A stretch of 30,772 nt of DNA from Enterobacter phage LAU1. Shown here piece by piece: positions 10,922 through 19,921 of the stretch. A program made the translations under genes and the position numbers. The first letter of the stretch is position 1. Each line of letters starts with the position of its first letter. The DNA is taken from the sequence record MN688132.1. The stretch is one strand, 5' to 3'. Under the pieces are notes generated by a model. It had not been told where the DNA came from. It made no database searches and saw only the letters and a list, made by a program, of their open reading frames with translations.

Positions 10922-11506
10922 TTATTGCTGATCTTCTGCATAAACCCCGGCGGATATAATGGCGCCGCCAATTTCCCGTTGCCCATAAAGCAGGGGGACG
11001 GGATTGCCAGATGCCGTCGTGTTAACGGGACCACCAAACGCATAGGAGGGTTTGTTATCAGGTTCCTGACGCATTCGCAGACCTGAAACCTGAGGAGAGA
11101 GCATTTGCACTACACCGCCAACGGCCATTGCGGCACCAACGGAAAACATGAGGTTACTTGCTGCGATACTAACTCCAGGCATCCATATGGCAGCAGCGAC
11201 CAGAGCCGTTCCGAGCAACGCCTGGAATACTCCAGCTCTTTTACTACCCCTTATCACAGGGATTATTCTTAACTCATCACCCGGCCCCAGGAGTTCAAAC
11301 TCTTCGTGCCCGATATTGCGACGATCCCGGAAAATAACAAAATCCAGTCCCTTTGCCCGAGCTTCACGCAGATAAGCATCAAAGCCGGCAATGGTGTTAG
11401 AAAGCGCCCTGAAAACTTCGCTGGCGGACGTTAGTGCACGGCGATGTGTCCTGCCAAATCGCTGAGCCATTGAGCCGCTGAGTTTGATAACGGTTTTTCT
11501 TTCCAT
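10922..11506 (-). CDS. I: Tail assembly protein I
   Basis: 194 aa. The C-terminal hydrophobic Gly/Ala-rich segment and PVPLLYGQ motif are as in lambda gpI. Its start overlaps the K stop (TAATG). Confidence 0.88.
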   Translation of the reverse strand: MERKTVIKLSGSMAQRFGRTHRRALTSASEVFRALSNTIAGFDAYLREARAKGLDFVIFRDRRNIGHEEFELLGPGDELRIIPVIRGSKRAGVFQALLGTALVAAAIWMPGVSIAASNLMFSVGAAMAVGGVVQMLSPQVSGLRMRQEPDNKPSYAFGGPVNTTASGNPVPLLYGQREIGGAIISAGVYAEDQQ

Positions 11507-12216
11507 TACATCAAATCCTTATAACGCAGAATTTTGATGGTACGGTCACGGTAATAGCCACCGTAGGGAATACGCTGGCTTAGCTGGCCATACATGTGAT
11601 GCAGTAGCATGTTGCCATCAAGCAAAATCCCGGCATGGTTCGGGACGGTGGACTGAACCTGCATGATAACCATGTCACCTGGCTGAGCGGGACCGTCGTA
11701 CTCACGGAAACCGCATTCCTGCCAGTTATCCATATAGAGGTTTTCACCCTGCTCCCACCAGTGGCGATCTACGCTGTAGTTGGGCAGTTCAATGCCGTGC
11801 TCGATGCGGAAATAGTCCATGATGAGAGACCAGCAGTCTGCATACCCGAGTACAAACTGGCGCCCTGTGAGGGGACGGTCTCCGCGAGGCATGACGGTGC
11901 GAATGTCGCCCTCCGGCCACGATGCAATAATCCAGGGCAGTTCCGTGGCATCACACATCAGCATGTCGAGCTCGCTCGGCTGAGTTGTTGCCCCGTCGCC
12001 GGGATGGCTGTGGACGATCGCCACCACAGTGCCCTGCTCTTCGGCGGCCGCATAATCCTCAGGATTAAGTTCAAATTGCTCAGTCGGCGACTCAGCATTA
12101 TTTTTGCAGGGGATGTATTTCTCCACCCGCCCCTTCTGAATAACCACGCCACAGCACTCTTCGGGGAAGGATGCGGCGGCATGCGCCAGAATGGCGCTAA
12201 CTGTTTTGTCGCGCAT
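11506..12216 (-). CDS. K: Tail assembly protein K (JAB/MPN + NlpC/P60 domains)
   Basis: 236 aa. It has the HSHP metalloprotease motif (AIVHSHPGDG) and a Cys/His NlpC-P60 region (YADCWSL...NHAGILL), as in lambda gpK. Confidence 0.9.
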   Translation of the reverse strand: MRDKTVSAILAHAAASFPEECCGVVIQKGRVEKYIPCKNNAESPTEQFELNPEDYAAAEEQGTVVAIVHSHPGDGATTQPSELDMLMCDATELPWIIASWPEGDIRTVMPRGDRPLTGRQFVLGYADCWSLIMDYFRIEHGIELPNYSVDRHWWEQGENLYMDNWQECGFREYDGPAQPGDMVIMQVQSTVPNHAGILLDGNMLLHHMYGQLSQRIPYGGYYRDRTIKILRYKDLM

Positions 12217-12218
12217 GA

Positions 12219-12977
12219 TTATCCTCTCAGAAGTGAAGCGCCGGGGAACCCGCCATAATCCAGCTGTTCATTCTCTCCGAAGCGAGGTTTACAGCCCGTT
12301 GACAGCAATCCGGAGCAAACATCCTGTGAAGGATCGTCTACCCGATTGCCGTCTTTATCGAACCAGCCGTTTTGCCCGGCGTAGGTGCAGCCGTTCCCGG
12401 TTTTGTACCAGCCCCGCATGCACCACGTGCACATTGGCTGAATTTGCCGGGTCGGAATGAGTTGCCCTCGCAAATCGGCTGGACTTGAAAGCTCAAACTC
12501 TACGGTTTCATCGTCTGACCCTGATTTACGGTCGATGTAATAAACCTGTTTGCGCTCCTCGTTGGGATTCGCAGTCGGGTTCCCGCCAGGAAAATTTCTT
12601 GCGTCCAGGTAGTGAGCGAAGGTGTCATGGATGATCACCTTTGCTTTAGCCATCCCCTGAAACCTTCGGCACAGCGCGCCAATCGTACCGCTGATGTTTG
12701 CAACAGTGAGTGACGGCCGTGAACTCTGGCCGTCACTGCTTACAGATATGCCGGTCAGTTCATACGGCCACGCGCCATACTCCTGCCCCTGCCACCACAC
12801 CGACTTCGGCTCAAGTTTTGACTCGTCGCCGCCTGCGGCGATGATTTCCGCCTCGGTATGCGGGATTGTCTCGTTGTGAAAGCGAAGAATACCCGCACCG
12901 AACGCTGAGCCGTCCACCTCGATCAGGCGGACGCGCTTACCCGGTTCCAGTTTCTGGACATCAGATGAAATACTCAT
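12219..12977 (-). CDS. L: Tail tip protein L (minor tail protein L)
   Basis: The start at 12977 (MSISSDVQKLEPGKRVRLIEVDG) overlaps the M stop as ATGA. A C-terminal Cys cluster (CTWCMRGW...CTYAG...CSGLLSTGCKPRFG) matches the lambda gpL Fe-S region. Confidence 0.85.
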   Translation of the reverse strand: MSISSDVQKLEPGKRVRLIEVDGSAFGAGILRFHNETIPHTEAEIIAAGGDESKLEPKSVWWQGQEYGAWPYELTGISVSSDGQSSRPSLTVANISGTIGALCRRFQGMAKAKVIIHDTFAHYLDARNFPGGNPTANPNEERKQVYYIDRKSGSDDETVEFELSSPADLRGQLIPTRQIQPMCTWCMRGWYKTGNGCTYAGQNGWFDKDGNRVDDPSQDVCSGLLSTGCKPRFGENEQLDYGGFPGASLLRG

Positions 12978-13312
12978 GGATGGTATGCCTGTATGAATGT
13001 GCTGCTGAGGGTGTATTTTTTGTTGCCGTGGGTAGATATCTGGAAGGATTCCGCGCGCCATAAACCTGAAGGCTCAAGCGGTGGCTTCCAGATAAATGAC
13101 TTCCACCCTGCATGTCTGTTCAGAAAGTTTTTAATGGCCTGAATGTAAGCCTCGTCGCCGGTAAAGCTCACGCTCCACTGAGGTGTTGCCGGGTTGATGC
13201 CGTCCCCGGCCACCTGTGTATAGCCATCGCCAAACTGCGCCTTTCGGGTACGAAAATTTGTATCAACCTGAGAGGCAACCTTTGGGCACCAGCTGAAGGT
13301 TTCGACTGCCAT
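12974..13312 (-). CDS. M: Tail tip protein M (minor tail protein M)
   Basis: The start at 13312 (MAVETFSWCP...FGDGYTQ..) has an AAGGGAG SD, and the GDGY/GWKSF motifs match lambda gpM. The longer ORF-track start lies inside the tape-measure gene. Confidence 0.85.
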   Translation of the reverse strand: MAVETFSWCPKVASQVDTNFRTRKAQFGDGYTQVAGDGINPATPQWSVSFTGDEAYIQAIKNFLNRHAGWKSFIWKPPLEPSGLWRAESFQISTHGNKKYTLSSTFIQAYHP

Positions 13313-13314
13313 GG

Positions 13315-16300
13315 TTAAACTCCCTTGATTAATCGCCACAGAGGCGAGCCCGGCATGCTGGCCTGTTCGTTAATGACGCCAGTGATGGCATCTTTCAGTT
13401 GTCTGCCAGCGGCGCCGGCGGTTCCCTGACTGGCTGCCTGTGGTGATCCACCCTGAATATTGATATCGCCGAAGTTAACTGAAGGCACACCGCCGGAGAC
13501 CTGCGGAGTACCAACTGCCCGAACGCCCAGCGAACCATCAGCGGCGCGCGTAAGCGGCATAATGGCTTCCGGACCAGCCTCGGCAAAAACCCCTGCGCCT
13601 TTGGCAAAAGCAAACAGCTGAGGCGTCTGAAAAACGCCATTGCTGTAAGCGCTCAGGGACGGAGAGTCGTAAACATTACCCTTCGCATTAAAGGTAAAGT
13701 TCGCGCCGGCATTCTGAATAGCGGTACCGCTGCTGGCGGTTGCGGCTGACGAGGCGCCAAAACTGAACAGTGATCCAATTGAGCTGACGCCATTAGCAAC
13801 AGCCATGTTCACCAGAACGTTCTGGATGATCTTCAGTACGCTCACGCCCCAGTCCTTCCAGCTGTCAACGTTGCCATTGAGCATGTCGGTGATCGTGGTG
13901 ACCGCGCCACCCATGGCCTGCTTCATGCCGTCAGCGGCCATGGAAGAATAATCAGTGGCTTCGTCCACCCAGTTCGCATAACCCTCAGACAGTCCCGTCA
14001 TCCAGTCGTCACGCTGCGCATCAGAAGCTGCGTAATATCCCTCCTGGTCGCGCAGGCGCTCTTCGAGGTAGCGCTTATTAAGTGCCAGCCCCTGCTGATA
14101 GAACGTCTCGTCGATTTCACCAGCCTGACGCTGGCGGAGAAGATCGGTATTCTTCTGCTCAAACTCCTTACGCAGATTGAACTGCTCCTGAAGTCTTTCA
14201 CGGAACCTGGTTCCCTGCCCGTATCCCAGCAGTTGCGCTTCATTGGCTGCTCGGGCGCTGGCGTTACTGTCGGCAAGGTTGGCTTCGTAATTTCGCAGTT
14301 GCTCACGCAATTTAACCTGGTCAATCAGTGCAGCATTCTGCAATACCGTCTTTTTCTGGGCTTCCGTCAGAGAAGCAAGTTCCCCCTGGCTGACCTGGTA
14401 TTTAACCTTCGCCAGCTCAGTATTCTGACCTTGCAGGGCAATCTGCTCTTTTTGCTGCTTGATAAGGCGCTTATACACATCCTCGGTTTTCTCGCCTTCG
14501 GTTTTACCGCCCTTCGCCTTAGGTTTGTTGGCCTCATTATTCCGCCATTCAGCAAGGCCGTTATTAATCAACTCCTGACGGCCTGTCTGGAATTGCGGAT
14601 CACTGGTTAACCCCAGGTCATCGGCTGCATAACTCAGACGCAGGCGCTCTTTTGCTTCACCCTTCAGGCGTGACAACTCCAGATCCCGGCGGCTCTTTTC
14701 GAGGGCATCGGTTTGCTTTTTGTCGAGATCGGCCTGCGGAAGTCTGAGCGGGACGTTAGCCAGCCCTTGCCGAGCCATTAATAGCTGATTTCCCAGCCCC
14801 AGCAGACGGTTAAATTCAGTATGCTGACCATTCATCATGATCATCGACTGATATACCGCATTCTGTCGCCAGGCTTGTTCGCGTATTAAATCATTGCGAC
14901 GTCGCTCAATTTCTTCGAGAGCCTGCTGTATGCCGCGAGATTTATCTCGCATGTCATTTAATTTTCCCTCTTCAACAGCAAGTTGATCCGTAACGATAGC
15001 TATCGCTCTCAGTATATTTGCATCGTTCTCGCTGGTAATGCCCGGTTTTCCACGCGATGCATTCAAATCGTCGATCTGGTTCTTCAGCTCACCAACCTTT
15101 TTGGCTTGCTCATCAACCAAACGATTTTGCTCTACCAGAGCACCAACAGTTCTCCCCCTATTGTCGTCTGTTTCAGACAAAGACATGCGGGAAGTTTTTT
15201 CTCGTATTTCGTCGATTTGACTGGCGTATTCCTGGGCAGAGCGACGTGCCTGCTCCTGGTTTTGATACATCGCATACCAGGCTCCAGCACCCAACATAAC
15301 TAAACCAGGAACTCCACCGATGAGACCAAGTGCACCACTCATGAGCCGAGTGCCGACGGATGTCACGCTATTGAGATTGCTTTGAGCCGAAACACGGTTT
15401 GCAAGGTTCCGGTTTAAGGAAGCCTGGGTCGCGGACAGACGCCTTTCTGCAGCAGCTTGAGCGTCAGAATTTTTTGCAGCCACCAGCCCTGCCTGTGCAC
15501 GCTCAAGTGCAGTTCTGGCCCTGACTTTTTCCGTAGCAGTGCCACTTGCAAGAGCGGTAGTCAGTCTGGCTTGAGCTGCTGTAACTTTTGCCTCTGCTGC
15601 CGCAATTTTCTCTTGCTGGGCGGCCTGAACATCTGCGCTTCGTGATCGCTGAACAGCTTGCTGAGCTCGATAAACTTCAGCCCTTGAAGCTGCAACAGCA
15701 GACTGAGCCGCTTTGTCCTGTGCGACAGCAAGAGCAACCTCTGATTTCGCGGCTGAAATTAGCGCACCTGTTGCACTGGTGGCGCTGGTTACAACTCCGC
15801 TTAGGTAGCGTGCCAGCCCCACGCCAACAAGCGCCCCTGCCACAGTTGTTATTGTGGACATATTGTCAGCAACGTCATTCAAGGCACCGCTAACAGCTGA
15901 AGAAGTGAACGCATCCAGAGTTTGGGCTAAACTATCCAACCCGCCAGACAAACCTGCCGTTGCGCCGGTAGCCTGATCAATACCGCCAACCCATTGCATG
16001 AATGAGTTAGTAACCTTCTGCAAGGAACCAGAAACCGTTTGTGGTAAGCTTTTGAACTCATCTTGCAAATTATCTAACTGGCCTACCAGTGCTGGAACAA
16101 CCTTATCAATCGTAAGTTGCCCCTGATCGGCCATGCTCTTGAGGTCTTTGCGGGCCACGCCCATTCCTGCGGCAAGTGCGCGGATAACGCGATCACCAGA
16201 TTCGTTAACAGCGTTAAACTCCTCGCCACGAAGAACGCCCTGTGCCAGCGCCTGGCTGAATTGAGTGATAACAGAACTCGCTTCCTGGGTGTTAGCCCCA

Positions 16301-16779
16301 GAAAGTTTGAGGCCGGTAGAGACAGCTTCTGTAATTTTCAGAACTTCGTCAGAGCTATAACCGTACTCGCGCATTGAGGCTGCTGCGCGGGAAAAAAGGT
16401 TTGCGTTATCTGAAAATGCCGTGCCGGTTCTTTGGCTGATTTCCATTAACTGACGCTGTGAAGCGGCAAAATCATCAGCAGAAGATGATGCCTGTTTAAG
16501 GCGAGCGTTTACGGAGTTCCACTCATCAGCAATCTGCACAATTTTACCCGTTGCAAAAGCTGCCGTAGCTGCGGCGGCAGCCCTTCCAGCAGATGCAAAT
16601 CCGGCAGTCAAATCAGAGAGCGCCCTTTCGCTCTCTCTGGCAGCAGCAGCGGCCTGCCGACCACCATTCTGCATAGTGCGGTAATAATCCTGCCCCATTC
16701 GTGAGGCGCGGGAAATTTCCGTCTGGAATGATTGCGAGTTAGCGGAAATTTTAATAATCAATTCACGTAATGTTGCCAT
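13315..16779 (-). CDS. H: Tail tape measure protein (lambda H-like)
   Basis: About 1154 aa from ATG 16779 (MATLRELIIKISANSQ), with a GGAGA SD. It is a long Ala/Gln/Glu-rich coiled coil with the central hydrophobic GLIGGVPGLVMLGAGAWYA segment and a C-terminal Gly-rich region. The ORF-track start at 16824 would read through the upstream terminator hairpin. Confidence 0.9.
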   Translation of the reverse strand: MATLRELIIKISANSQSFQTEISRASRMGQDYYRTMQNGGRQAAAAARESERALSDLTAGFASAGRAAAAATAAFATGKIVQIADEWNSVNARLKQASSSADDFAASQRQLMEISQRTGTAFSDNANLFSRAAASMREYGYSSDEVLKITEAVSTGLKLSGANTQEASSVITQFSQALAQGVLRGEEFNAVNESGDRVIRALAAGMGVARKDLKSMADQGQLTIDKVVPALVGQLDNLQDEFKSLPQTVSGSLQKVTNSFMQWVGGIDQATGATAGLSGGLDSLAQTLDAFTSSAVSGALNDVADNMSTITTVAGALVGVGLARYLSGVVTSATSATGALISAAKSEVALAVAQDKAAQSAVAASRAEVYRAQQAVQRSRSADVQAAQQEKIAAAEAKVTAAQARLTTALASGTATEKVRARTALERAQAGLVAAKNSDAQAAAERRLSATQASLNRNLANRVSAQSNLNSVTSVGTRLMSGALGLIGGVPGLVMLGAGAWYAMYQNQEQARRSAQEYASQIDEIREKTSRMSLSETDDNRGRTVGALVEQNRLVDEQAKKVGELKNQIDDLNASRGKPGITSENDANILRAIAIVTDQLAVEEGKLNDMRDKSRGIQQALEEIERRRNDLIREQAWRQNAVYQSMIMMNGQHTEFNRLLGLGNQLLMARQGLANVPLRLPQADLDKKQTDALEKSRRDLELSRLKGEAKERLRLSYAADDLGLTSDPQFQTGRQELINNGLAEWRNNEANKPKAKGGKTEGEKTEDVYKRLIKQQKEQIALQGQNTELAKVKYQVSQGELASLTEAQKKTVLQNAALIDQVKLREQLRNYEANLADSNASARAANEAQLLGYGQGTRFRERLQEQFNLRKEFEQKNTDLLRQRQAGEIDETFYQQGLALNKRYLEERLRDQEGYYAASDAQRDDWMTGLSEGYANWVDEATDYSSMAADGMKQAMGGAVTTITDMLNGNVDSWKDWGVSVLKIIQNVLVNMAVANGVSSIGSLFSFGASSAATASSGTAIQNAGANFTFNAKGNVYDSPSLSAYSNGVFQTPQLFAFAKGAGVFAEAGPEAIMPLTRAADGSLGVRAVGTPQVSGGVPSVNFGDINIQGGSPQAASQGTAGAAGRQLKDAITGVINEQASMPGSPLWRLIKGV

Positions 16780-16795
16780 CACATTTCTCCAGGCG

Positions 16796-16820
16796 AAAAA
16801 AAACCCGCCGAGGCGGGTTA
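16796..16820 (-). terminator. Rho-independent terminator after the lipoprotein moron, abutting the tape-measure SD
   Basis: The minus strand reads AACCCGCC-TC-GGCGGGTT followed by T8, then CGCCTGGAGAAATGTG ATG. Confidence 0.65.
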
Positions 16821-16840
16821 TCATAATGGGATAATTAATT

Positions 16841-17206
16841 TCATTTGCATTCTTTGATTATTTCCAAAACTTCCTTTTCAGAAATTGGTACGAAGTCAGT
16901 TTCAGAACGTTGATAAGAGATTAAAGATTGACTATTGTTTTTTTTAATCTCTACCCTATGAAAATACTTCATGCGGGAGAACTGAATCGCACCAATATAA
17001 ATCTCCAAACCTTCCCCATCAACTAAGTTATTGGTAACAAGTTTTTCTGGTATTAAAAAATCTAGTTTATCTAGTATACAACCACTTACGTCATCTGCAC
17101 TTCTGCTTGATGAGAAAGAAAGTTTTTTATTATTCTTTATATCGTTCCTTGTATCACCAGTACAACCCGCAATCAGAAATATTATGAGTATTAAAATTTT
17201 CACCAT
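16841..17206 (-). CDS. Low-GC lipoprotein moron (121 aa), function unknown; candidate superinfection-exclusion / receptor-masking lipoprotein
   Basis: MVKILILIIFLIAGCTGD has a signal peptide and an LIAGC lipobox. GC is about 30%, against about 55% in the flanking phage genes. It has its own GGAGGG SD and its own terminator, and it is inserted between the GT chaperone genes and the tape-measure gene. Confidence 0.6.
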   Translation of the reverse strand: MVKILILIIFLIAGCTGDTRNDIKNNKKLSFSSSRSADDVSGCILDKLDFLIPEKLVTNNLVDGEGLEIYIGAIQFSRMKYFHRVEIKKNNSQSLISYQRSETDFVPISEKEVLEIIKECK

Positions 17207-17252
17207 AATCCCTCCAGTTAAAGAGGGATAATATTATGTATGTAGCAAAATG

Positions 17253-17923
17253 TCACTGAGTTGCAGCAGTTAGCGCCGCCTCAAGCCCTGCAAACGGGTC
17301 CTTCGGTTCTGATTGCTCATCGCCACCCCATCGCAGGATCGCATCGTCCAGCGGTACTTTTGCCCCCTGAGAGCCGTAGATGGCAGAGACGAGCTGAGCT
17401 GCCTGAATGTCACCACGGATATCGCCAACCGGACTTTGCCTGTCGTACTCAATCCACATCAGAAGCTCGCTTGCCGTCATATTATGCCGAAGCTCTGAGA
17501 GCGTGCGCCCCATCCGGAGCGCAAGCGACATCAGAAACTTTACGCCGGGGGTTGAGACTTTTCCCGCGCTTCGTCCGCGTTGTTGATCAGGTCAAGCGCC
17601 TGTTTGAGCAGGCGTGAATGGACGGGGCCGTAGATTTCACGTACCTGCTCTTCTTCGTCTACGCTGAATACCGGTTGCTTATCGGTGTCACACAGAACGT
17701 CAATGAAGAGCACCACGTCAGCGCAAAGATTACGGTGTGCTTTTTCCGATACCGACACATTTTCATCATCAGCACCCGTTTTCACCACTTCCTGCCAACG
17801 CAGCCAGGCTTCACCTGACGGCTCACGAAGAACCACTTTGACGCCTTCCCACTCAGGAACGGCGACCGTCTTATGACGAAATCCCGACATCTTAGCCAGG
17901 GCGAGATTTTTAATATTCTTCAT
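17253..17923 (-). CDS. G/GT: Tail assembly chaperone G and G-T fusion via a programmed -1 frameshift. G is 17540..17923; the T extension is in the -1 frame down to 17253
   Basis: G (127 aa) sits directly upstream of the T-like ORF, which is in the -1 frame and open from about 17591. A slippery-like CGG GAA AAG sequence lies 6 codons before the G stop. Gene order V-G-T-H is as in lambda. Confidence 0.7.
17558..17566 (-). promoter_or_regulatory. Candidate -1 ribosomal frameshift site for G -> GT
   Basis: The minus strand reads C GGG AAA AG, with 0-frame codons CGG GAA AAG. The -1 frame reads GCG GGA AAA GTC and stays open into T. It is analogous to lambda G GGA AAG but with GAA in the P-site. 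Confidence 0.45.
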
Positions 17924-17931
17924 GAGACCTC

Positions 17932-18375
17932 TCAGGAGCCAGACTCAATGTTTTCAGGCTTACCTTTCAGGCGCAGGGAGAACGTTGCCGCCACTACGCC
18001 GTTGGTACCTGAAGACCAGGTGTGCTGGCGAATTTCAGCCAGGAACTTAAAGCCCTTGCCGGAAGGGAAGATCACCTGGAAAGCGTAGGTCGTATCGTTG
18101 CCATACGCTTCACGCAAGGCGTCCTGCGCCGGATTCTTGTAGAAGTTTCCGGACAGGGAGATTTCTGACGGAGAAGGCAGGCCGTTAATGTTCTCCTGCT
18201 CTTCTGAGCAAAGCGTTGTTACGTCGATATCCTGCTTCTGGCCACCGGTGAACTGAATTTCTTTGATGGTGCAACTCAGATCGAGGAAGGTTGCGGAATC
18301 CATCGTTTCTTTGGTGGCTGGCAGGGAGGAAATAAGGATCTTCGTCAGCTGCGATTTTTCATAAAGTGCAGACAT
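17932..18375 (-). CDS. Major tail (tube) protein
   Basis: 147 aa. It follows a strong terminator/SD module (AGGAGACAGCT ATG) and sits between the U-like and G genes. Confidence 0.75.
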   Translation of the reverse strand: MSALYEKSQLTKILISSLPATKETMDSATFLDLSCTIKEIQFTGGQKQDIDVTTLCSEEQENINGLPSPSEISLSGNFYKNPAQDALREAYGNDTTYAFQVIFPSGKGFKFLAEIRQHTWSSGTNGVVAATFSLRLKGKPENIESGS

Positions 18376-18388
18376 AGCTGTCTCCTGG

Positions 18389-18416
18389 AAAAAGAAAACC
18401 CGCCATCAGGCGGGTT
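18389..18416 (-). terminator. Hairpin + T-run upstream of the major tail gene (attenuator / stoichiometry-control terminator)
   Basis: The minus strand reads AACCCGCC-TGAT-GGCGGGTT followed by TTCTTTTTCC, then AGGAGACAGCT ATG. Confidence 0.6.
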
Positions 18417-18434
18417 CGTTGGGTGAATTAATTG

Positions 18435-18782
18435 TCAGGGGGTAACTTTAAAATCCAGGGTGGCACGGTAGAGCCGATAATCCGGCTCGTACCCGGGGAT
18501 TTTTACCACCTCTGTAGGGTTTAACGGCTCAAGCGAAGCGAGCGCCAAATCTCTCAGGGATCGTGATTCAGCGATCGAAGTGGAATACACATCGACCTGA
18601 ACGGAAACCCTGCTCTCTGCCTGGCCACACAGCACGTCAGCGGAAACATCATCGACGATGGAAAAGATAACCCAGGGTGGAGAGACAGACGGTTTCCCGT
18701 CACTACCTAATGGCGCAACATAGGGATATACCCGTCCTTCTGCCAGGGGAGAAAGCAAGGCGTAGATATTATCTTCATTCAC
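18435..18782 (-). CDS. Tail terminator / tail completion protein (lambda U-like, DUF3168-type)
   Basis: 115 aa, positioned between the gp10-like gene and the major tail gene. The start is a GTG overlapping the upstream stop as GTGA; there is no in-frame ATG nearby. Confidence 0.6.
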   Translation of the reverse strand: MNEDNIYALLSPLAEGRVYPYVAPLGSDGKPSVSPPWVIFSIVDDVSADVLCGQAESRVSVQVDVYSTSIAESRSLRDLALASLEPLNPTEVVKIPGYEPDYRLYRATLDFKVTP

Positions 18783-19228
18783 TTGCTCAATACCTCATCA
18801 ATAGCCTCATTCATCCTGGCAATGGCGACGCTGGCGGCCTCTTCCTCGCGCGTATCGTAAGCGGGTCGTACAAACGGATGCGCAGGCATGTTGGCAGTTC
18901 CCATTTCAACGAATCGCCAGTAAAAGGCGTTTCTCGGGTTATTCGCCTTCATCGTGTTATCGCTGTTGCCGGTGCGCGGGTTAACGCCACGAATATGGAC
19001 GCCGGAAGAAATTTCCCCGCGGCGGCGGCTTTTTTGGGTCACCACCACCACGTTTTTTTTCAGTTTCCCGGTACGCACTGGTGCGCGTACGATTACTTCT
19101 TCCTTAAGCACTTCGGCACCGGCGCGCGTAGCATCACGCAGGACCTTGTTGTTTTCAGCGCGGCTAAGCGCCTCCAGGTCCTTTGCGATATCATTTAACC
19201 CAGAAAAATCGAGGCTCGTCTCAATCAT
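18779..19228 (-). CDS. HK97 gp10-family head-tail joining protein
   Basis: 149 aa. The basic KKNVVVVTQKSRRRG segment is typical of the gp10 family. Its ATG overlaps the upstream stop as ATGA. Confidence 0.7.
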   Translation of the reverse strand: MIETSLDFSGLNDIAKDLEALSRAENNKVLRDATRAGAEVLKEEVIVRAPVRTGKLKKNVVVVTQKSRRRGEISSGVHIRGVNPRTGNSDNTMKANNPRNAFYWRFVEMGTANMPAHPFVRPAYDTREEEAASVAIARMNEAIDEVLSK

Positions 19229-19563
19229 TTTTCAGCTCCCGTTTTGCAAAGAATTTCCAGGCGAGTGCCGGTCGCATTTGCTACAGGAGGACCGATGATA
19301 TTTAGCACCTGACCTTTATACGGGCCGCTAAGCACTTCCAGACGAGAAGAGGCGTTCAGCTCTGACCTGAAGCGCATCCAGACGCGAATGGTTGCCTGCG
19401 CCGTTTCCGCGCCGCCTGAAAGCTGCTCTCTGCCGCTGATCCCCTTTACCTCAGCCGGGACCGGGTTGCCACCAGTCCACGATTCAACCGGCTGACCAGA
19501 TGGATCGCGCGAAGTCGTGAAGGTGAGAATTTTTACCCGGTGCCTGAATCGTCCAGGTTCCAT
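19225..19563 (-). CDS. Head closure protein / head-tail adaptor
   Basis: 112 aa. Its position and size match the HK97 gp9-type head closure protein. ATGA overlap with the connector gene. Confidence 0.65.
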   Translation of the reverse strand: MEPGRFRHRVKILTFTTSRDPSGQPVESWTGGNPVPAEVKGISGREQLSGGAETAQATIRVWMRFRSELNASSRLEVLSGPYKGQVLNIIGPPVANATGTRLEILCKTGAEK

Positions 19564-19889
19564 CAGGAGCCCTCCTCAGGTTCAGATTTACCGCGCCAGT
19601 TGCGATGGATGAACATCATGCGTTCTGCTGCAGCGTTCTCATATAGCTGTACTTCGCTTTGCGCGGTGCGGTGTTCAAACATGTCAGCAAAGACAAGGAG
19701 AACGGCGCCCTTAACGGCTGCAGGAATATCAGATGCAACCTTCCATGCTGGTTCATCGCACCAGCGTATGCAGTAATCAAAAGCAGCCTGGGCGTACAGC
19801 GTGATCAGCTCGTCCCTGTCGTCTTCCTCAAACTCAATCTGCTGCTTAAACAGACTGAGATTTATTACATCGAGAACATCTATCGCCAT
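19563..19889 (-). CDS. gp6-like head-tail connector protein
   Basis: 108 aa. It directly follows the major capsid gene terminator, matching the HK97 gp6 position. Confidence 0.65.
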   Translation of the reverse strand: MAIDVLDVINLSLFKQQIEFEEDDRDELITLYAQAAFDYCIRWCDEPAWKVASDIPAAVKGAVLLVFADMFEHRTAQSEVQLYENAAAERMMFIHRNWRGKSEPEEGS

Positions 19890-19892
19890 ACG

Positions 19893-19915
19893 TTAAAGGG
19901 CGGGTTTCCCCGCCC
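19893..19915 (-). terminator. Hairpin after the major capsid gene
   Basis: The minus strand reads GGGCGGG-GAAA-CCCGCCC followed by TTTAACGT ATG. Confidence 0.5.
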
Positions 19916-19921
19916 CCTCCA

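Noticed and set aside
11635-12258. 207-aa plus-strand ORF
   Set aside because: It is antisense to tail assembly gene K.
14233-15303. Several 100-125-aa plus-strand ORFs
   Set aside because: They are antisense within the tape-measure gene.
16780-16824. Upstream in-frame ATG extending the tape-measure ORF (MITRLGGFFFAWRNV)
   Set aside because: The extension is encoded by the terminator hairpin/T-run and lacks an SD. The ATG at 16779 has GGAGA at proper spacing.
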